A program made the translations under genes and the position numbers. Shown piece by piece: positions 27,901-38,016 of a stretch of 64,000 nucleotides of DNA. This DNA is from Octopus sinensis. Lineage: Eukaryota. Each line of letters opens with the position of its first letter. Position 1 is the first letter of the stretch. The notes beneath the pieces are model-generated. The model saw only the letters and a program-made list of their open reading frames with translations. It ran no database searches and was not told the DNA's origin. The stretch is from NCBI RefSeq assembly GCF_006345805.1, contig NC_043014.1:868001-932000 (forward strand), given 5' to 3'.

Positions 27901-29945
27901 GTGCCACGTATCAGAGGTGGTTTCACATACTAGAGTAGCACAGTCAATGGTGGGGCCCCAGCATGGCCGCAGCTTTTGGGTTGAAACATTTTTAAGGATT
28001 TAGGGACATATATATATATATATATATATAAAGGTAAGATCCAAGGATCGAAGTGTAGGAAGTTAGTAAGCTTCGAGCAAGCTGTAGAAGATATAAAAAA
28101 CAGCTTTCAAGAACAAATGGTGGTTTAAAATGTTTGATAAGCTGAAAAACTTATTTTATCATCTACGGTTATCAGCTGGGGTTGCTGTGTATGAGAATAA
28201 AAATCCAAAATTAGAAAATGGAGTTGATAAAATCCATGCTACATATGTTTTATAGCTAAAGGAAATTCGGAAGTAGTAATTACCCAAACAAGGGGTAATC
28301 CCCTAGCTACTCATTGGGCCAAAGATACCTTAATCAAATGAAGTTTCCATTGCCATCAAAGGATCCCATATTAACTTGCAAAACATACACACACACACAT
28401 CATCATCATCATCATTTAACATCCATTTTCCATGCTGACATGGGTTGGACAGTTTGACCGGGGTTTGGTAAGCCAGGAGGCTGCACCAGGCTCCAGTCTG
28501 ATCTGGCAGTGTTTCTACAGCTGGATGCCCTTCCTAACGCCAACCACTCCACGAGTGTAGTGGGTCCTTTTTACATGCCACCGGCACAGAGGCCAGAGGA
28601 GGCTGGCAATGGCCACAGTTGGTTGGTGCTTTTTACGTGCCACCGGCATGGAAGCCAGTCAAGGTGGCGCTGGCATCGGCCACGTTTGTATGGTGCTTTT
28701 TACGTACCATCAGCACAGGTATCACAACTACAATTTCCATTTGATTTTTACTTTGATGTTGATGTACTTGACACAATAAGTCTCCTCAAGCACAGCAGGT
28801 CACCCTATGATCCAAGGTAAGCACAGTAGGTCGTCCTACGATCCAAAGTACTTTGAATGGGCTGGAGCTGGTTATGTGAAGTTGGTGTAGGATACGCCGT
28901 GGACTAACTTTATCGGGTATCATCACTGTCATTTCAGCATCTATTTTCCCCTGCGTCCATGCTTCCCTGCAGCCAATTTCTATTTATTTCCAAGCAATGT
29001 AATATTATACTATGGCCAGACATGTTTTTAGAGAATACTGGAAATGAATGACACTGCTTATATGACAGTGACACTCACAGACATATGTATATGTATATAT
29101 GCATGTATGTGTTTATATATGTATGTATGTGTTTATATATGTATGTATGTAGCTGTATATGAATAAAGACAGCTGCATGAAGAGGTGTCAATCTCTAAAT
29201 GTGAAGGGAACTTGTGGAAGAGGAAAGCCTAGGAAGACATGGGACAAAGTGGTGAAAAATAATCTTTGGATATTGTGCCTCATAGAGATGACAAAGGACC
29301 AAGACAATAGGCAATTTGGTGTGCTTGAGAAGATCCATCCAGCTAAATAAAACTGAGGCCAAAAAGTTATGCCCTGTTATGTCCATGTTCTTACATGGAA
29401 TCTGTCCCAGACAAGCCTCTCTTCCACATCCCATGATGATATTGATAATATGTGTGTGTGTGTACGATGGGATGCTGAAAAGTTATCACAGCAGTCCTTC
29501 AGTTTTTCTAAGCCCTGTAAAAGTACTTGGAGGGTTGGGCTTCCAACCAGGCCTTTTGTGATACCTTTAAAGTGAGGAACTTTTCAGCCCTCCTTTGAAT
29601 GTATGTGTGTGTGTGTATATATGTGTCTTCATACACACACACACACACACACACAATGGGCTTCTTTCAGTTACTGCCTATGGTAATCCACTGACAAGGC
29701 ACTTTGGTTAGCCCAAGGCTATAGTCAAAGACACAGGCCAAAGGTGCCCCACGGAGGGACCAAACTCAAAACCATGTGACTGGGAAGCAAACTTCTGACA
29801 GGCATCAATGGAGGAGAATATTGCATTGAAAGAGAGATTTTAACTTATTTGTTTTTTAAAAGTTCTGAAATTCAAAATGAACTAAAAAGAAAAAATAAAA
29901 GAAAATGGAAAATTCCTGTTGGCTTTATTGAATTTCATTCAATTA

Positions 29946-29995
<50 letters not shown>

Positions 29996-30358
29996 GTATA
30001 TATAGATAGATAGATAGATAGATAGTGCCTCACTGTCACTTGTGCCGGTGGCACGTGAACAAGACATTCGAGCGGGGTCGTTGCCAGTGCTGCTGGACTG
30101 GCTCCTGTGCAGATGGCACGTAAAAGACACCATTTCAAGCGTGGCCGTTGACAGTACAAGACTGGCCCTCATGCCAGTGTCACGTAAAAGCACCCACTAC
30201 ACTCTCGGAGTGGTTGGCGTTGGGAAGGGCATCCAGCTGTAGAAACTCTGCCAGATCAGATTGGAGCCTGGTGCAGCCATCTGGTTCGCCAGACCTCAGT
30301 CAAATTGTCCAACCCATGCTAGCATGGAAAGCGGACTTTAAATGATGATGATGATGAT

Positions 30359-30402
<44 letters not shown>

Positions 30403-30766
30403 TGTATATATAGATAGATAGATAGATAGATAGTGCCTCACTGTCACTTGTGCCGGTGGCACGTGAACAAGACATTCGAGCGGGGTCGTTGCCAGTGCTG
30501 CTGGACTGGCTCCTGTGCAGATGGCACGTAAAAGACACCATTTCAAGCGTGGCCGTTGACAGTACAAGACTGGCCCTCATGCCAGTGTCACGTAAAAGCA
30601 CCCACTACACTCTCGGAGTGGTTGGCGTTGGGAAGGGCATCCAGCTGTAGAAACTCTGCCAGATCAGATTGGAGCCTGGTGCAGCCATCTGGTTCGCCAG
30701 ACCTCAGTCAAATTGTCCAACCCATGCTAGCATGGAAAGCGGACTTTAAATGATGATGATGATGAT

Positions 30767-30810
<44 letters not shown>

Positions 30811-33800
30811 GATAAAGACAAACAGATATTGATTTCCTCTTCTGTTTGGGATAAATTAAATTTTATTTTAAATTCCAAGCTGGGCCCTCACTAAAATAAC
30901 AATAATGATAATTTAAAATTTCAAAGAAAAAAAAAATGCTTTTCCCAATCCATGGTTGGTGAAAACAATACAATTGCTTTTCTAGATTCTAGAAAATAAT
31001 CCATTATATTTATGGCAGAATTACAACAATTCCAGTGGATTGTGTTTTGTATCTGTCTCAGTAAATGGGACAGCAGAATGTCAGTCTAGCACAACTAACA
31101 TTTCCAGATGATCTCTTACAGATTACTCACAGCCAAGTGAACCAAGACAAGACATTTTCTCTGCTGCTCCACCGCTCCAGCCAACTTGCTGCTAACTCCA
31201 CCACCCCTACCACACACATCTTAAATAGTAATTCCAACTGAAATAAAATTTATACAAACTTTTGAACATCTTTAAATTCAAAATAAACTGTAGACTAATT
31301 TAAAGGTTCCTTTCTCTATGCTCTTTCTTTTAAACCCCCCCCCCCACCACCATCTAGTACTTCTTTCTCTCTTTCCTCCTCACTCTACACTATAACTCAA
31401 CTAAACGAACATTTTTGCATATTCAGGACGAAGCTATACATTTTGACACACACACACACAGATGTCATTGTCATCATTTTTTACCTTTTCTTCTTCCACA
31501 CTGGCACTGACCAAAGCAAATTTTGTCAGACAATATTCAAGACCCAGACCCTCTTCCTGACCTCAACACTTTTTATTTCAGTTACAGTTTTTTTTATTCT
31601 CAGCCTTCACACGTTGAACACCTGCTGGGCAGTTTATTTAAGGGAGACATATACAGGATGTTCTGCCTAAATTTGAAGATTTTTTAATGTCTCCCTTTCC
31701 CAGAAACAGCCTGAAGAGTCAACAGCGTTGGAGAGCATGAAGATTAAAATTGTAGCTGAGAAAAAGTCAGTTGATGTGGAGGACTGGAAGACATCTGAAT
31801 ATTGGAAAAGAGTTCCTTGTATCCTGATGGTTGGCAGCAGGAATCAAAATACCAGCATCATGTCTGCTGCCCAATGTTCTGTGAACTGTAAGAGGTGTGA
31901 CGGACAGCTGCAACAGAGACTACAAAGCCATGGCCAGCAGGAAGGGGATGGTCTTTGGACATGTTCCCAGCATGCCACCTCACATATTTGAACAGGGCCT
32001 TAGGCTCAGATGGCTAAGTGAAACTGATGGAGATTGTGATCAACTCCTGGCTGGAGAGGGTTGTTGATGGAATGTGATATCTGTGGTCTGATTAATAAGT
32101 ATCTGGACTGTTGCCATAGTAATGAAGTCAAAGCACACAGAGTGAAGCCACTTGGCACAAATTGACCTTGAACTCTGCTATCCATGTGAACTAAGTTTTA
32201 ATGTTCTAGCTCACTTCTGCTGTTTACAGCAGTGCTTGGAAGGAAGGTGTGTAGCATGTGATCATTGCATTGATCAAGACAGAAAGTTGAGCAGAGAATC
32301 TGCATTAAATTTTGCCAAAAGCTTGGTGATACCTGCTCAGAGGCCTATGCAAAGTTTTCAAAAATATTTTCATCATTCTCAGCAGAATCAAGGAGATCTT
32401 GTGCAACTGAAACCCGAGTGTCTTTTTGGCCAGCTGAAAGCAGTTTTGGCACAAACTTGGCAGACACGCATCTCATGCACAAATCTTCAGTGATAATGGA
32501 CTGGACTGAACCGTAACTAATCTGCACATCCTTTGATAACTCACAGATGGGGATTCGACGATTTCCCCTCCCAGCTGCACACGCATCTGCAATGTTTTTC
32601 TCAGTTCTGCTGGTTGCAGGTCTCCCAGAATGTTCATCAATATCGACATTTTTTTGGCCATCTTAGAAACATCTGAACCACTCATACACTTGTGTGTGGC
32701 TCATACATTCCTTTCCATACACTTTCTGCAACTTTGCATAGGCCTCTGAGCAGGTATCGCCGTGACAACTTTCTCTGTCAAGGTAACTGCGACAATCACA
32801 TGCTACACCCCTTCCTTCCAAGCACTGCTGTAAACAGCAGAAGTGAACTAGAATGTAGAAGCTTAGTGCACATGCACAGCAGAGTTCAAGGTCAATCTTT
32901 GCCAGGTGGCTTCACTCTATAAGCTTTAGCTTTGTTACTATGGCAACAGTCCGGATACTTATTGATCAGATCGTCGTTTAATCATCGTTTAACATCCGCT
33001 TTCCATGCTAGCATGGGTTGGATGGTTCACCTGGGGTCTGGGAAGCCAGAAGGCTGCACCAGGCCAGTCAGATCTGGCAGTGTTTCTACAGCTGGATGCC
33101 TTTCCTAACGCCAACCACTCCGTGAGTGTAGTGGGTGCTTTTTATGTGCCACCAACACAGGTGCCAGACGAGGCTGGCGAACAGCCATGCTCGGATGGTG
33201 TTTTTTACGTGCGACCGGAATGGAAGCCAGGCGAGGCTGGAAAAAAGTCCGAAGTGGTTGTTGGAGAATTTCTATAACTTCACCAACCCCAATTGAAATC
33301 TCATGGATTATCATGTGGGATGTGCAGCTGAGAAAGATAGCAGCTGTTCTGCTTGCAACACCAAAGTCGAGTTGCTGGTCAGGGTCAAGGAGGTGTTCAA
33401 AGATGTCCCTAGGCACATAATGAGGAATGCGTGTGCCAGCTTCCGGAGCCTTCTTGAGGCCATGGCAGAAGCTGAGTGCAATTACTCTTACCTTCCAACC
33501 ATAATTTTCTGAGTTTTAAAAATACATTCATTTCTGGATGGGATGTTGTATTTTCTTTTCCTTTTACGCAAACTATCAAATTTAGATTGAACACCCTGTA
33601 TATAGCTACTGCTGAAATGGTATTCAAAGATATTAAGGTGGCGAGCTGGCAGAATCGTTAGCACGTCGGGCGAAATGCTTAGTGGTGTTTTGTCTGCCAC
33701 TATGTTCTGAGTTCAAATTCCACCGAGGTCAACTTTGCTTTTCATCCTTTCGGGGTCGCTAAATTAAGGACCAGTTACGCACTGGGGTCGCTTCTAACCG

Positions 33801-34158
33801 ACTTAATCCACTTGTCCTCTCTGTGTTTAGCCCCTTGTGGGTAGTAAAGAAATAGGTATTCAAAGATATGTGTAGACAAATACATGCACAAGTGTGTATG
33901 TGAAGGGTTACTGTACAGTTTCCATTTCCCGAAATTCACTCACATGATGTCAGCCATCCCAAGGCTATAGTAAAAAGGCACTTGCTCAAGGTATCATTCA
34001 GTGGAATTGAACCTGAAATTATGTTGTTGCACAATAAAACTCTTGACCACACAGCCATGTTTGCCTGTCAAAGACTTCCATTTTTGCAGAGAGTCAAACC
34101 TTGTTTGGTGTTCTCTCATTTGCTTCAACTGTCTTTTTGGTTTTGTACCATTTTCAGT

Positions 34159-34191
<33 letters not shown>

Positions 34192-37018
34192 CAACATCAT
34201 CATTCAATGCCCATGCTGGCATGGGTTGGATGGTTTGACCCGGCTGGCATGCTGGAAGGCTGCATCACACTCCAGTATGTATTTGGCATGTTTTTCTATG
34301 GCTGGATGCCTTTCCTAACGCCAACCACTCCGAGAGTGTAACGGGTGCATTTATGTGCCACCAGCACAGATGCCAATTTGTGTGACACCAGTATCTGCCA
34401 CGACTGTGATTTTGTTTGGCTTGGTGGGTCTTCATCTCAAGCACAACAGAATGACAAAGGTCTTGGTCATTACCTCCATGAGGCCCAACGCTCGAAAGGT
34501 GTTCTTTACATGCCACCAGCATGGGTGCACTTGGCTATGTGGTTAAGAGGTTCAATTTTCAATCAAGTGGCTCTGAGTTCAATTCCACAGCACAACACGT
34601 TGGGTAAGTGTGTTTTACTATCGCCCTGTAACAATCAAAGCCCTGTGAGAGTATCTGGTATATAGAAACCGTGTGTGTGTGTGTGTGTGTGTGAATGTAT
34701 GACTCTGTGGTGAGCTGCACTCCACTTGATGATGTCACCAGTGACAGCTGGGCAGTAATGGGTGACACTTGTTGACATTTCTTGTCAACAAGTCATCCGT
34801 AATTTCTGCACTTTCAAATTCCTCTGGAATTACAAAATCCCTTACTAGTAAAACAGGTAAAGGTGGGTGACAGAAAAACCCTGGCCATAAAAACCCTGCC
34901 TCAAATACTGTCCCCATCTAACCTACACTAGCATGGAGAAACAGATGTTACACAAACAAATACACACACACACCAGAAAGATAGATTCAATTTCATAGAG
35001 TTATTAACTGGTTTATTTATTTAGAAGTATTCTGCCTGTCTTCATGTTCTGAGCTCAAATTCCACCAAGGTTGACCTTACCTTTCATCCTTTTTGGGGTC
35101 AATAAAATAAGTACCAGTTGAACACTGGGAGTAATGTAATCGAGTAGTCCCGTCCCTTAAAATTTCAGGCTTTGGGCCTACAGCAGAAAGGATTAAAGTT
35201 GTTAATGAAAGGCATGTAAGGTCCAGTATTTAGCTGACTTAGGAATGGTCAGTGCCAGAACCCATTAAACCATCGGGTCACTGCTGAAGAATTCATTGCT
35301 AAAGCTTTAACTGCTTGGGAAATTGAACTCCATTCTGTGAAGTTTACAGTATTCTTGCTGCTTGCAGCACATTCGTATGTGGTACCCTATATACAGCTAG
35401 CAAGACAGCCGTTTTCAATTTTAGGGACAAGCTGATCGTTGGTGATGAGCTATGAACCCCTGATCCTGTAGATTAAAGTCTGTTACACTACCAATCAATC
35501 CTGCAGTCAGTTGGTAACTCACCAGATTTGGGGGAAACTTGGCTGCTATTTCTAGCTAGTTGAGAGACTACAAAGAAATTTTGGTGTTTTATGGCCAATA
35601 CTTTGCTACTGCACTGCCTCCTTTATATTTTAGCAGAAAAAAACCAAAACAGAAAAAGCCCAATGATCCTTTTTTCCTACAGACATAATGATAAAGATTG
35701 GCAAAGATTTAAACCTATCATCGCCTGTAATATGGCACCAAACTGCCAATTTTGGGCGCTGACAGTTTTAGTAAACAAAACGAGTGAGATGCTAACCCAG
35801 GTAATCTCAATAAGCCAGGTAATCTTGTTGCCAAAATTAAAATCATTGGAACATCATTACATCAATATTCCAAGAATATTAAAGATTAATGCTGTAAATA
35901 TGCCAATTTTAGAAGTAATCTTTGGGTACTGTCAGTGTACAAGGGGCATACACCTTGAAGACCATTTGTCTATAAGATACTAGTAAATAATTAAAAATGT
36001 ATTTAGCCCCAGGTCAGCCCTGTTTGAGCAGACTAATGATCAAAAATATTTAACCTGTAACAACCTATTCCTTTTAGGAGTCACCGGGAATAGTACTATT
36101 CAATGTAAGGTGTAATGTGGGTAACCTACTTATTGCATTTAGCAGGTAAGCAACCATGTAAAGGTACACTTGTTATCTAAATCTGGAGGTGGATTACAAA
36201 ACTGGTAGTCATCTTAGTTCCTCAAAGCACAACAGTGTCAGAAGTGTGTGTGTGTGGAGAATGTTTAATGTTCAGTTTGAATCCTAACCAGGAACCTATT
36301 TCAGAAGGATCTGATATAGGAGAGCAGAGTATTGAATCGGAATGGTTATCTGGGGCTGGTCAAAGACAGGTGTTTTCATAATTGACATCCTAACAGTTCA
36401 CAGAGTTATTTATAGATTAGTAAAAAGACGAAGATGTTGATAAAGAGATCCTCTCGTTATCAGCAATATTCTAAGTCATCATTCTAACGAACTTATTGCC
36501 TAAGCCGTCCGCTAGTTTGGTTCAGTCACGATTTACCTGGAGCTAATCAATAGCAACATTTCCTCTCAGGTAAACAAAGAAGGAAAATACATATATCTAT
36601 AAAAACGAAAATGTTTCATTTTCAAATTGAAAACAAGAGGAAGAAACGAGTTTGAAAATGGAGAGATTGGAGGAGGAAACCGAAAAAATGGGGGAAAATA
36701 ATAATAAAACAACAAAGTGATCTGCGATCGTTGTTGAAATTGAGAACGAGGAAATGTAATCGATATGTTTAACCGTTCGGCCACAAGTGTCTTTTTTCTT
36801 CTTCTTTAGATCCTTTTTTCTTCCTAAAGTATAACCGAGCTCCTATTATTAAAAATTAGCACAGCTACCTTGCCTACTTTTAGCCTTTCGTTTCGTTTTA
36901 ATGAAGGGTTTTCATCAAAACACTGCACAGTTACACACATTTACTAATTAAGAAACAGGTCAGAGTGAAAGATCAAACAAAGTTCTGCTACAATATGTAG
37001 AAGGGATGGCGGTGGCGT

Positions 37019-37069
<51 letters not shown>

Positions 37070-37969
37070 ACACACATACAGAGGGGAGGGGGAAACACGA
37101 AAACAAACATTAAACTGAAAAATAAGAAATCAATGTGTATTAATTACAAAATTATATTCCAATTCCATGTTTAAATATTAATGATAAAAATTGTCCACGG
37201 AAAATAAACTACATTAATATATTTGAGAAGCAAACGAAACCCCAGTTTCTATATACACCACACTACCGATCTAATTGAGTTATTGTTGTTTTTAGCCCCA
37301 GGTCAGACTCGATCCAGCAGACCAATGATCAAAGACATTCCATCCATGAGCATCCCGTTCCTTCCGTAATACGTAAGACTGCATTATCTAATGTGCCCTT
37401 TCCGTAATCAAGATAGATTCGGCTGCTGCTTCTAGTAAATTAAACAGGCCATATAGAGTCTTCCTAGTTGGCTCGGTCCCAGTTCGCTGCATGCTATATA
37501 TATATATATATACATACATATGTATATATATATATATATGTGTGTGTATACACACACACACACACTCATGTTTCACACGTCACACTTGCCAATAGTAACT
37601 GTTTTCTCGTTAGGTGTCGAGAGAGAATGCACCATCCCAATCAAAATTACCACAATCACCAATCATAACCACTTTACCAACTTCCAACTTAGGTCTTCCT
37701 TAATTGAATTTTCTTTTCTAATTAAGAAAGAGAAGGAAACAAAAAACAACAACAAGGGAAAACAAAGACAAACTTTCGTTGTTGGAGTAAATAGGACGAT
37801 GATATAATAAAACCTTAGAAACCTGAGTGTGGATGGGTGAGAATAATGTAAGTGTTGTGGTGTAGTGGTTGAAGAAATCAGTTGTGTGTGTGTATACATA
37901 TGGCATGTTGGGGGAGCACCTGCTACATTTAGAACACACAGAAATACACACACATAGCTGTGAGAGTGA

Positions 37970-38016
<47 letters not shown>

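Larger units (their letters stand above)
31654..33598 (+). mobile_element. Tc1/mariner-superfamily (maT/DD37D-like) transposon remnant, TA-flanked, interrupted by two insertions
   Basis: TIRs CAGGATGTTCTGCCTAAATTTGA / revcomp CAGGGTGTTCAATCTAAATTTGA (19/23), TA on both sides; MPPHIFEQGLR..., SWLERV..YLW, then KWLLENFYNF...MDYHVW. Confidence 0.75.

Noticed and set aside
31131-31240. Possible extra TAF4 exon ending at GCT|gtgagt (31130)
   Set aside because: Candidate acceptors do not give a phase 0-0 exon, and there is no homology support.
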